Part shown: positions 1-8,743 of the stretch, piece after piece | Numbering within the stretch: the stretch's first letter is position 1 | How the letters are laid out: each line of letters opens with the position of its first letter | Source: Flavobacteriales bacterium | GTDB lineage: Bacteria > Bacteroidota > Bacteroidia > Flavobacteriales > BACL11 | Assembly (NCBI GenBank): GCA_014239655.1 | Contig: JAAZYM010000018.1 | Coordinates: 12,700 to 76,699 of the forward strand | Direction of reading: 5' to 3' | DNA length: 64,000 nt | Position numbers and translations under genes: made by a program | Notes under the pieces: model-generated | Seen by the model: the letters and a program-made list of their open reading frames with translations, nothing else | Databases searched by the model: none | What the model was told of the DNA's origin: nothing

Positions 1-572
1 AACTCTACAGCTTTATTCCTCATCTTTTAGTTGAGAAGGAGGGGAAGAAACTAAGAGATAGAATGGCTCGTGTTAAAAAATATGAAGAGATAACAGATAA
101 GATGGAAATGGAGATTGCAGATTATTTAGCAAAAGCATCTCAAGGTCGTTTAAGTGATTCTGTTTCTACGAAAGTTAGAAGTATGATTTCAATTATAAAT
201 GACATGGAGCGTATTGGTGACATCTGTTATCAAATGTCGATTGAGATTGAAAGGAAGAATGAAAAAAAGATTTCTTTTAATAAAGAATTAGATTCAAATC
301 TTGAAGAATTACTGGGTGCTGTGAATAATTCGTTAGAATTAATGAATAAGAATCTTAACACTCATTATAGTCAAGTCTCTCTTTCTAAGGCTGATGAATT
401 AGAAGTAGGTATTAATAAGCTTAGAGATAGATTAAAACAAGATTACTTGGAAAGAATTGAAAAAGGAAATATTAAAATATCAGAAGGTATGATATACATT
501 AACCTTGTACATTCTTTAGAGAAAATTGGAGATCATGTATTTAACATTACTGAAGCAATAACTGGAAACTAA
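1..572 (+). CDS. C-terminal part of a Na+/phosphate-cotransporter-type protein with PhoU-like repeats (5' end outside window)
   Basis: The frame of ORF 63..572 stays open back to base 3 with no in-frame stop, so ATG63 is probably internal. There are two PhoU-like helical repeats, each with the RIGD/KIGD motif (DMERIGDICYQ, LEKIGDHVFN). Confidence 0.6.
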   Translation, partial: LYSFIPHLLVEKEGKKLRDRMARVKKYEEITDKMEMEIADYLAKASQGRLSDSVSTKVRSMISIINDMERIGDICYQMSIEIERKNEKKISFNKELDSNLEELLGAVNNSLELMNKNLNTHYSQVSLSKADELEVGINKLRDRLKQDYLERIEKGNIKISEGMIYINLVHSLEKIGDHVFNITEAITGN

Positions 573-591
573 TCATTAAATTTTTTAAACT

Positions 592-1578
592 ATGAAAAAT
601 ACTTTTTTAATTATTTTATTAACTCTTTCTTCAATAAATCTATTTTCTCAGGGAAGCCCCCATGCTAAAATATTTAGTAACTTTAATTATGATATTTCTT
701 CTAGTGATAATTCTACATATAAAGCCTTTGAGGTTAAAAGAGCATATTTAGGATATGGATATCAGTTTGCTGATGATTTTAGTGCAAAAATAACTTTTGA
801 TATAGGTAAGAATAGTGGTGGAAGTAGTTATACTGCCTTTTTAAAGATTGCAGCATTAGATTGGAATGCTTCTGATAAGCTTGACTTAAGTTTTGGTATG
901 ATAGGTACTAGTAATTTTAAGTTTATGGAAAAAGCTTGGGGAAAAAGATATATTTATAAGTCATTTCAGGATGAAAATAAATGGGCAAGTGCTGCAGATG
1001 CTGGTGTTTCTATGGCATATGCTGTGTCTGATAATTTAATTTTAGATGCTCAGATACTAAATGGAGATGGTTATAAGAATTTACAGGGTTCTGATGGTCT
1101 TATGAGAGGTGGAGCAGGACTTGTGTTTGTTGCAGATGATATCTCAATAAGAGTAGCAAGAGATATAGTTCCAAGAACACAATATTCAGATGATTATGCA
1201 TCACAGTATATAAATACATTTGCAATGTCTTATAAAGCTTCTAATCTTACTATAGGTGGTGAATATAATTTACGTGAGAACACAGCTAATGTTGTTGATA
1301 ACACTAGTTCTGCATTTTCACTTTATGGTGATCTAGATATTGGGAATGGAATTAGTGTTTTTGGGAGGTTTGATAGATCCTCTTCTGAGGATGCTAATGA
1401 GTATCAGTGGAATATAGATAATGAAGGTGATCTAACAATTCTTGGAATAGAAAAGCAGATGACAAAAGGAGTTAAGATAGCTGTTAATGTTAGAAGCTTT
1501 AAGAATGCAATATTAGATGGTGATCCTGAGGTTGATGCTCAAAACACACTATATTTAAATCTGGAATATAAGTTCTAG
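592..1578 (+). CDS. Outer-membrane porin-like beta-barrel, possibly a phosphate-selective type given its neighbour
   Basis: It has an N-terminal signal peptide, alternating beta-strand pattern and aromatic girdle residues. The C-terminus ends ...LNLEYKF (terminal Phe, typical of OMPs). It lies 19 nt downstream of the Na/Pi-PhoU gene. Confidence 0.5.
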   Translation: MKNTFLIILLTLSSINLFSQGSPHAKIFSNFNYDISSSDNSTYKAFEVKRAYLGYGYQFADDFSAKITFDIGKNSGGSSYTAFLKIAALDWNASDKLDLSFGMIGTSNFKFMEKAWGKRYIYKSFQDENKWASAADAGVSMAYAVSDNLILDAQILNGDGYKNLQGSDGLMRGGAGLVFVADDISIRVARDIVPRTQYSDDYASQYINTFAMSYKASNLTIGGEYNLRENTANVVDNTSSAFSLYGDLDIGNGISVFGRFDRSSSEDANEYQWNIDNEGDLTILGIEKQMTKGVKIAVNVRSFKNAILDGDPEVDAQNTLYLNLEYKF

Positions 1579-1588
1579 ATATGACTAA

Positions 1589-1612
1589 TCTTCCATGTCG
1601 GAAGAATTTTTT
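1589..1612 (+). terminator. Putative rho-independent terminator after the porin gene
   Basis: Stem TCTTCC (1589-1594) pairs with GGAAGA (1600-1605) around a 5-nt loop, followed by ATTTTTT. The stem is short (6 bp). Confidence 0.4.
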
Positions 1613-1636
1613 AAAAAAAATAAGTAAATTTAGGTT

Positions 1637-3883
1637 GTGAAAAGGATATTAATTTTATTATTTATTCCTCTTCTTTCTTTATCTCAGAATAGTCTTAATA
1701 TGGATTTATTAGGCTCTGTTAATTATCCAGCTACAAATGGAAATGATATTTGGGGTTGGGTGGATCAAAGCGGGAATGAGTTTGCAATTGTTGGTTTAAG
1801 AGATGGAGTCTCTGTTGTTGATGTTACAGACCCTGTAAATCCAATAGAAATGTTTTTTATAAATGATATATATTCTATCTGGAGGGATATTAAGACTTGG
1901 GATAATTATGCATATGTAACTACAGAATCAGATACGGGTTTATTAATTATTGATTTAAATGATATGACAGGTAATACTTATTATCATAGAACAGTCTTTA
2001 ATAATCCTAATGGGCAAAGTATTGCATTTACTGCCGCTCATAATTTGTATATTGATGAGAATGGAATAGCATATATATATGGCGCTTCTTCAAATACTGG
2101 AAACTGGACTCCAAATGGTGCAATCTTTTTAGATCTGGATACAGACCCTATTAATCCTAGATATTTAGGAGAATGGGATGATTTTTATGTGCATGATGGA
2201 ATGGTTAGAGGAGATACTTTATATGCTGCTAGTATTACTGCTGATGAGATGTTTGTAATTGATGTGTCTGATAAGACAAACCCTATTGTCTTAGGGCAGA
2301 TAGCAACACCAAGTAATGCTACGCATAATGCATGGGTTTCTGATGATGGGAACTATGTTTTTACATCTGATGAGGTAAATGGTGGTTATATAACATCATA
2401 TGATATTACAGATTTAGCAAATATCCAAGAATTAGATAGGATTCAATCCAGTCCAGGGTCAAACTGTATACCTCATAATGCTTTTGTAGACGGAAACTTC
2501 TTAGTTGTCTCGTATTATAAGGATGGAACTGTAGTATATGACATTACTCATCCAGAAAATATGGTAGAAGTTGCCTATTATGATTCTTATTCTGGCTCAG
2601 GGTCTGGATTTGATGGTTGTTGGGGTACATATCCTTATTTACCATCTGGAAATATTATTTCTTCTGAAATTAATAGTGGTCCTAATGGTGAGGGTCAATT
2701 ATTAATATATCAAAGGGGTTTTCAGCAAGCGTGTTATGCTAATGGTAATGTATATGATGCTAATACCGGGACTGCTATATCTAATGCAACAGTTACTATT
2801 TTAAATACGGGTTTAAGCACAAATACAAATCTTTTCGGTTTTTATCAGTTATCAGTTTTAGATTCTGGGAATTATCAATTTATTTTCTCAGCTTTTGGGT
2901 ATGAGAATGATACTGTTTCTGCTGTTCTTGATAATGGAGTCAACTCCATTGTTGATACATATTTATCACCATCTTGTTTTTCTCCAAAACCTGATAGTCT
3001 ATATGTATTTGATGTTATTGATTCAAGAGTTAAGATTGGTTGGAGGAATATGAATTCTTCTGAATGTAGGGTTTTGAAGTATTATGTTCGATATAGGGAG
3101 GTAGGTTCTCCTTCTTGGGTTACAAAATCAGCAGGAGCTGGATCTGGTCTGTGTCTTTTTGGTCTTAATACAACAGAGAAGCAGATGATTAATCTAAATC
3201 CAAATACTACATATGAATTAAAAATGAAGGCTTTTTATTGTAATGGTCTTCAATCTGGTTATTCGGCACCTATTCAGTTTACAACAGCAGATGTTTGTTC
3301 TGATATGATAAGTCTAACTGCTTCAACATTTAATAATAATCCAGGGAAGGTTAATTTTAGCTGGAATACAACAGGTCCTTATGTATTTGCTAGAATAAAA
3401 TATAGGGTTGATACCGCGGGTTCTTTTTGGCAAAATGCTGGTGGTTTTGGAATTTATTTTCCTATTGCTTCTATAAATTCTTTTGGCTTGCAATCTAGTA
3501 CATCATATAGAGCACATGGGCGACTTTTCTGTGATTCTAATATAACTGCATATAGATCCTTGTCATGGACTAATCCACCTATCTATTGGACTCAACCAGG
3601 ATCACCAATTAGAGATGGTGGAGGAGTATCAATAAATGATTTATCTGTTTTTCCTAATCCTTCTACTGGTGTTTTTTATATTGGATTTAACTTGGACATA
3701 GAAGAAAACATTAAGATAACTATCTCTAATTTGTTAGGAGAGGAGCTGTATTACGAAGAGATTGAAGATTGTATTGGTGAATTTAATAGGAGAATAGATT
3801 TAGATAGTTATAATTCTGCTGTTTATCTAATTAACATTGAGAGTGATAATTCAATTTCAACAAAAAGACTGATTATCAATTAA
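1637..3883 (+). CDS. Secreted choice-of-anchor-B / LVIVD-type beta-propeller protein with CarboxypepD_reg-like and two FN3-like modules and a type-A T9SS C-terminal domain
   Basis: GTG start and signal peptide. The motif run DIWGWVD..EFAIVG..GVSVVDVTDP.NP......WRDIKTW.NYAYVT is typical of the choice-of-anchor B family. The C-terminus VFPNPSTGVFYIGF...AVYLINIE...STKRLIIN looks like a T9SS type-A CTD. It is a paralog of 37159..39480. Confidence 0.7.
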   Translation: MKRILILLFIPLLSLSQNSLNMDLLGSVNYPATNGNDIWGWVDQSGNEFAIVGLRDGVSVVDVTDPVNPIEMFFINDIYSIWRDIKTWDNYAYVTTESDTGLLIIDLNDMTGNTYYHRTVFNNPNGQSIAFTAAHNLYIDENGIAYIYGASSNTGNWTPNGAIFLDLDTDPINPRYLGEWDDFYVHDGMVRGDTLYAASITADEMFVIDVSDKTNPIVLGQIATPSNATHNAWVSDDGNYVFTSDEVNGGYITSYDITDLANIQELDRIQSSPGSNCIPHNAFVDGNFLVVSYYKDGTVVYDITHPENMVEVAYYDSYSGSGSGFDGCWGTYPYLPSGNIISSEINSGPNGEGQLLIYQRGFQQACYANGNVYDANTGTAISNATVTILNTGLSTNTNLFGFYQLSVLDSGNYQFIFSAFGYENDTVSAVLDNGVNSIVDTYLSPSCFSPKPDSLYVFDVIDSRVKIGWRNMNSSECRVLKYYVRYREVGSPSWVTKSAGAGSGLCLFGLNTTEKQMINLNPNTTYELKMKAFYCNGLQSGYSAPIQFTTADVCSDMISLTASTFNNNPGKVNFSWNTTGPYVFARIKYRVDTAGSFWQNAGGFGIYFPIASINSFGLQSSTSYRAHGRLFCDSNITAYRSLSWTNPPIYWTQPGSPIRDGGGVSINDLSVFPNPSTGVFYIGFNLDIEENIKITISNLLGEELYYEEIEDCIGEFNRRIDLDSYNSAVYLINIESDNSISTKRLIIN

Positions 3884-3885
3884 TG

Positions 3886-6384
3886 TTAAAATTCTGGATT
3901 TGATTCTTCGGAAACATCATCATTATTAATTTTAGATCTTTTACTGTTTGATTTAAAATTTAGTTTTCCAAAAGTATATTTAAAGCTAATTCCAATAGAT
4001 GTAAATAGAGTTGTTCTTTCAGATACCTGATTAAAATTAGCTCCACTTAATTCTGTTGTCCATATTTTTTCTCCATTTTTCGCAAAAGGCTCTATTATTC
4101 TTATTCCTAGTGATCCCCTTTTATTTTTAAACTCTTTTTTGATTCCAAAACTCATCATCGAGAAGCTAGTTGAGGATCCTTGTAGTGTTTGAGAAGGAGA
4201 GCGCATAAACCCAAATCCTTCCGCCTTCCAATTATTCTTCATTTTTAGAGTTACACCAAAATTATAATTGTATAGAAATGCAGATCTTTCATCATTTGAA
4301 AATCTATTATCTTCGGCTTGGTATGAATATAAATTAAATCCAGTTCTAAGTGTTAGGTTATTAAATTTAATAGATCCATAATAATTAAAACCATACCTTG
4401 TGCTGCTGCCAATGTTCTGATAGGTGGTTATTGAGGTGTCATTTTGGACACTTAAAAACGATTCAATTAAGTCATTACTTTGTTTGTAATAAATATAATA
4501 ACTACCCTGATATTTTCTACCAAAGCTATTATATCCAAACTCTAATTGTTGTGTTGTAGAAGGGCTTAACTCTGGATTTCCAATAGTGATATTTTTGTTG
4601 TCAGTGATATTTGTATTTGTATTTATATAACTACTCCTTGGTCTTGAAATTCTTGAATTATAGCTTAGTTTAAGGCTTTTTCCCATATCTAGTTTTTTTG
4701 ATAATGTAAGACTAGGAAGATAATTTTTGTAGTCATCAGAAAATGGCACTTGAGAATTGTTGTCCCAATCCCCATTAAAATATGTTAGCTCAGCTCTTGC
4801 ACCAGCTTTAATGCTATAATCATTTGCAAGATTTATGTTTGAAGAAATATAAAAAGAATTTATTTTTTGTGTATAATTAAAAATTTCATCAAGTAGTAAG
4901 CTGTCAGAAGTTAAATTATCTGTTTGATAATCCATCTTTTGGTTTCTGATAATCATTTTTCCTCCTATTTCAATTAAATGATCATTTATTGGATGAGAGT
5001 AGTCAGCTTGGAAAGTTTGTTCTAGATTTTCTTCATTATTGATGTTTTCTAAATGGATTAAGCCATCATCTTCATTTATATCTGTAGTGTTTTCCTTTAT
5101 TCTATATCCAAATTGATATGAAAGACTCAATTCCCTATCTTCATTATCTTCAAAAGTCTTCGTATAATCAGTGTTCCAACTAATGTTGCTTGTGTAGTTT
5201 GTTGCTTCTAGGTAAGATTCGTAATTATATAAAGTATCGAATTGATAAGTATTATCTAAAGTATCAATATTTTTCTCTATATAAGTTACGTCAGTGGAGT
5301 TTGTTGATGGAGTGCTTCTTCCTCTAAAATTAATATCTGAAGAAATTGAATTGTAGGCATTTATATCATAATACATATTTATTCCGCCTCCATATCCAAT
5401 CCATTGACTTTTACTGTTTCCATCATTTGTCAAAATATTTGAGCTGTCCCTATTGTTTTCCCAATCTTCTCTTATATAGCTAGTATTTCCTTCTCTGGGC
5501 CAACTATACCAAGCATTTCCTCTGGCAGACAAGCTAAACCTTCCTTTTCCTAATGTTAGGTTAAAGCCATTTTTATTACTTCTAGTTCCAAAAGAACCAT
5601 CTAATGAAGCTTTATATCCATCAATAATTTTTTTCTGAGTTATAATGTTAACTATTCCAGCATCACCTTCGCCATCATATTTTGCTCCTGGGCTAGTAAT
5701 AATTTCAACACTTTTAATTTCTTCTGCTGGTATCATTTGTAGGGCAGAGGCCAGATCTCCTGATAAAAAGGATGATGCTTTACCATTTAGCAGGAATTTT
5801 ATTTGTTTTGATCCTCGAAGCTCTACATTTCCATCAAAATCAACTGATAATAGTGGTGCTTTCCTTAAAACATCTGTTGCATCATCAGATCCTCCTATAT
5901 TGTCATTTTCAGCATTGTATATTATTTTATCAATTTTTGATTCATATATTGGTTTTTCTTCATCGATTGTAATCTCAGAAAGCATTTCAGAGCTTACTTC
6001 TAATTTTATTTCTTTTAGATTAATATCTGGAACTTTCTTAGTGAGTTTAAATTCTACTTCTTTTTTCTTATATCCTAGATATTTTACAGTTAAGATATAA
6101 TCTCCGGTAAGAATTCCTGATATTGAGAATTTTCCATTTGCATTTGAAATGGTTCCTTCAATTATCTTGTTCCACTTAGCATTAGTTATACTAATATTTG
6201 CATATTCTAATCCTTTTCCAGTTTTTGTGTCAGTAATTTTTCCACTTACATTTCCCCTGAAGTGTGAAGATTTGTTTTTCTTGCCAAATCCAGAAAAATC
6301 ACCACCATAACCTCCTTTTCCACCACCTCTTTGTGCTAAAGAAAAAAGAGGTATTAAAAGAAGAATAAGAAGAGTTTTTTTCAT
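3886..6384 (-). CDS. Outer-membrane beta-barrel family protein (TonB-dependent-receptor-like) with an N-terminal CarboxypepD_reg-like domain
   Basis: Signal peptide, then a Gly-rich linker (QRGGGKGGYGGDFSGFG). A GKITD...LEYANISI...DGKFSI..L..GDY.L.VKYLGYKK carboxypeptidase-regulatory-like fold follows, then a plug-like region and a long beta-strand-rich barrel ending in Phe. Confidence 0.65.
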   Translation of the reverse strand: MKKTLLILLLIPLFSLAQRGGGKGGYGGDFSGFGKKNKSSHFRGNVSGKITDTKTGKGLEYANISITNAKWNKIIEGTISNANGKFSISGILTGDYILTVKYLGYKKKEVEFKLTKKVPDINLKEIKLEVSSEMLSEITIDEEKPIYESKIDKIIYNAENDNIGGSDDATDVLRKAPLLSVDFDGNVELRGSKQIKFLLNGKASSFLSGDLASALQMIPAEEIKSVEIITSPGAKYDGEGDAGIVNIITQKKIIDGYKASLDGSFGTRSNKNGFNLTLGKGRFSLSARGNAWYSWPREGNTSYIREDWENNRDSSNILTNDGNSKSQWIGYGGGINMYYDINAYNSISSDINFRGRSTPSTNSTDVTYIEKNIDTLDNTYQFDTLYNYESYLEATNYTSNISWNTDYTKTFEDNEDRELSLSYQFGYRIKENTTDINEDDGLIHLENINNEENLEQTFQADYSHPINDHLIEIGGKMIIRNQKMDYQTDNLTSDSLLLDEIFNYTQKINSFYISSNINLANDYSIKAGARAELTYFNGDWDNNSQVPFSDDYKNYLPSLTLSKKLDMGKSLKLSYNSRISRPRSSYINTNTNITDNKNITIGNPELSPSTTQQLEFGYNSFGRKYQGSYYIYYKQSNDLIESFLSVQNDTSITTYQNIGSSTRYGFNYYGSIKFNNLTLRTGFNLYSYQAEDNRFSNDERSAFLYNYNFGVTLKMKNNWKAEGFGFMRSPSQTLQGSSTSFSMMSFGIKKEFKNKRGSLGIRIIEPFAKNGEKIWTTELSGANFNQVSERTTLFTSIGISFKYTFGKLNFKSNSKRSKINNDDVSEESNPEF

Positions 6385-6406
6385 GGAAATTTATTAAAGT
6401 TATTGA

Positions 6407-7822
6407 TTATTTAATTTTACAACTCATTCCAAATAATGATTTTTCTTTAATAATTTGTGATACTCCTTTAGGAACCATATGTTCCCATGTTCCTTCCTCA
6501 CAAGACTTGATCTTTTTAAGAACGTCTCTAGAGTAGATATTTAGAATGTCTGAGTTGTAGTTTAGATCTTCAATACGTTTATTATTAAAAAGATATTTAT
6601 ATATTGATTTTGCTCTTGGATGAATAGGTATGTTTGTACTGTTTAATAATTCTTTCTTTTTATCAGATTGATAAGGGTATAAATAAAATTTGATATCTCG
6701 TGTTATCATTATGCCAAATGCTTCCATTATCCCTCCATTTAGATTTCTGTAGTATTTTTCTTCAAACATTTCTACAAGATTATCTACGCCTATAATAAAT
6801 CCTAATCTAGCATCTGTATATCTAGATAGATATTCACAGAGTTTGTAATATTTTTTATAGTTGGAGATCATAACTGTATATCCAAGAGAACATAGGATGT
6901 CAGCCCTATCTAAGAAGTCTCTTTCATCTAATTGGCCTTCAGACATTAGGTTTGAGAGTGTAATTTCAAATAATAATTGAATATTATCTTCCTTAACTTT
7001 TTTGTTTTGCTTGAATTTTTTTAGTCCTTCTGTTAACATATCAATATTAACCTTGGTAACAGGTCTAAAGCTTCCTCTTAGTGTTAATATGTTTTTTTGG
7101 AATAAGATATCTGAAGGATACTTGTTTTTTCCTTTAGGAGTAAAGATAACAGCATTAGTCATTCTCTCTTTAACTAGGGTTAAGGATAATAATCTATTGT
7201 CGACACTATTAAAATCAGGTCCTAATACCTCTACCATGTCAATCTCAAAATTGTCTCTTGATAGATTGTCATAAAGATGAGATAGAATTTTTTTAGGATC
7301 AGATTCATTAAAACATGCATGCATTAAATTTGTTCCAATAATACCTACAGTTTCTTGTTGTATCCTAGCTTCTTGATCATGTAATCTCACATGAATTAAA
7401 AAATCATTTGGGACTTTTTTAGGGTCTAGTTGAAATCTTAGTCCTATCCAGCCGTGACCCTGATTTGTTTTATCATAATTGACTGTTGTCACAGTATCTG
7501 CAAACACAAAATATTTTGTGTCTATATGGTCTTTTCTGTTTAATCTTTCCTCTAATAATGAATATTCTTGATTTAGCATTTTATTTAATCTGGATTTACA
7601 AACATATCTTCCGTCTTTCTCTTTTCCATATATTGAACCAGAGAAATCTCTATCATAGGCAGACATTGTTTTTGCTATAGTTTTTGAGGCGCTTCCAACT
7701 CTAAAGAATTGTCGTGCAACTTCTTGCCCAGCACCAATTTCAATAAATGAACCATATATAGTTTTGTCTATATTAATTTTTTTAGCTTTCTGACCAGGTG
7801 TTAATATAATTTGTTTATCCAT
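6407..7822 (-). CDS. Conserved-looking cytoplasmic protein of unknown function (471 aa)
   Basis: A long clean ORF with no signal peptide or TM segment and its own TAATTTTG -7 box 22 nt upstream. I do not recognise a family with confidence. Confidence 0.5.
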   Translation of the reverse strand: MDKQIILTPGQKAKKINIDKTIYGSFIEIGAGQEVARQFFRVGSASKTIAKTMSAYDRDFSGSIYGKEKDGRYVCKSRLNKMLNQEYSLLEERLNRKDHIDTKYFVFADTVTTVNYDKTNQGHGWIGLRFQLDPKKVPNDFLIHVRLHDQEARIQQETVGIIGTNLMHACFNESDPKKILSHLYDNLSRDNFEIDMVEVLGPDFNSVDNRLLSLTLVKERMTNAVIFTPKGKNKYPSDILFQKNILTLRGSFRPVTKVNIDMLTEGLKKFKQNKKVKEDNIQLLFEITLSNLMSEGQLDERDFLDRADILCSLGYTVMISNYKKYYKLCEYLSRYTDARLGFIIGVDNLVEMFEEKYYRNLNGGIMEAFGIMITRDIKFYLYPYQSDKKKELLNSTNIPIHPRAKSIYKYLFNNKRIEDLNYNSDILNIYSRDVLKKIKSCEEGTWEHMVPKGVSQIIKEKSLFGMSCKIK

Positions 7823-7844
7823 TGTAGATTACTTTATATAAAAA

Positions 7845-7852
7845 CAAAATTA
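7845..7852 (-). promoter_or_regulatory. Candidate Bacteroidetes -7 promoter box (TAATTTTG) for 6407..7822
   Basis: Exact match to the TAnnTTTG -7 consensus of Bacteroidetes sigma-A promoters, 22 nt upstream of the ATG. Confidence 0.35.
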
Positions 7853-7933
7853 AATAGTTATTTTAATTAATGCTCCTTTTATTGAAGATAATTCTTGTTT
7901 TTATATATAATTTTACACTAAGATAAATTTATT

Positions 7934-8698
7934 ATGAAAATAACTTTTTTAGGTACAGGTACATCTCAGGGAGTTCCAGTAATTGCATGTCGATGTGAAG
8001 TATGCAATTCAAAGAACATAAAAGATAAGCGACTTAGAACATCTATTTTGATTGAAACAGATGGAAATATAATTGTTGTGGATACAGGTCCAGATTTCCG
8101 TCAACAGATGCTAAGAGAGGATGTAAGAGACTTAGATGCTGTTTTGTTTACTCATGCGCATAAGGATCATGTTGCTGGTTTAGATGATGTTCGATCATTT
8201 AATTTTATATCTAAGAAGCCAATGGATGTATTTTGTTCATCACAAGTGTTAGAATCTTTGAAAAAAGAATTCTCATATATTTTTTCTGGTGTTGAATATC
8301 CGGGTATTCCAAAGGTTAATATTAATATAATTGACGATTCAATATTTCATGTCAAACAGACCAAGATTATCCCTATTAAAGCATTACATTATAAACTTCC
8401 TGTATTAGGATTTAGAATTAAAAATTTTGTGTATTTAACAGATTTAAATACAATATCTGAGCAAGAAAAGGAAAAAATGCATGATGCAGATGTAATAGTG
8501 TTAGATTCTTTAAGAAAAGAACCACACATCTCTCATCTTTGTTTAGAAGAGTCATTAGAGTTGTTAAAGGAATTAAAGCCTAAGAAAGCGTATCTTATTC
8601 ATATAAGTCATCTAATGGGCTTACATGATAATGTTAATAAGGAGTTGCCTGAAAATGTTCAACTTTCTTATGATGGTTTAAAAATAAATCTATCTTAA
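7934..8698 (+). CDS. MBL-fold metallo-hydrolase (PhnP/ElaC-like)
   Basis: Metallo-beta-lactamase motif FTHAHKDHVAGLDD (HxHxDH). N-terminal LGTGTSQGVP and a CxxC pair. 254 aa. Confidence 0.75.
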   Translation: MKITFLGTGTSQGVPVIACRCEVCNSKNIKDKRLRTSILIETDGNIIVVDTGPDFRQQMLREDVRDLDAVLFTHAHKDHVAGLDDVRSFNFISKKPMDVFCSSQVLESLKKEFSYIFSGVEYPGIPKVNINIIDDSIFHVKQTKIIPIKALHYKLPVLGFRIKNFVYLTDLNTISEQEKEKMHDADVIVLDSLRKEPHISHLCLEESLELLKELKPKKAYLIHISHLMGLHDNVNKELPENVQLSYDGLKINLS

Positions 8699-8716
8699 TT
8701 TTTTAAATATTAATTT

Positions 8717-8724
8717 TATCTTTG
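8717..8724 (+). promoter_or_regulatory. Candidate -7 promoter box (TATCTTTG) for the metalloprotease gene
   Basis: Exact TAnnTTTG match 20 nt upstream of ATG 8744. Confidence 0.35.
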
Positions 8725-8743
8725 TTAATATTAAAAATTAATC

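Noticed and set aside
3886-3960. An acidic C-terminal tail and the Gly-rich N-terminal linker (QRGGGKGGYGGDFSGFG, about 6270-6330) of the OM beta-barrel protein, considered as possible repeats or a frameshift signature.
   Set aside because: Both are in frame within one continuous 832-codon ORF. Gly-rich linkers after signal peptides are common in such OMPs, and there is no tandem DNA repeat behind them.
5645-6100. Other antisense or embedded track ORFs. These include 5645..6100, 5772..5972, 7002..7274, 7486..7680, 10757..11032, 14460..14744, 17312..17512, 17412..17681, 18129..18314, 29319..29756, 30365..30571 and 31868..32107. Also 32254..32454, 32930..33118, 33829..34026, 36912..37100, 40657..40905, 42218..42646, 42385..42567, 47582..47953, 48513..48707 and 48966..49223. 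Also 49543..49776, 50065..50331, 51741..51974, 55732..55977, 58516..58770 and 58786..58971.
   Set aside because: All are nested in, or antisense to, longer ORFs with clear family motifs. Their products are low-complexity and hydrophobic or Ser-rich. None has its own spacer or -7 box.
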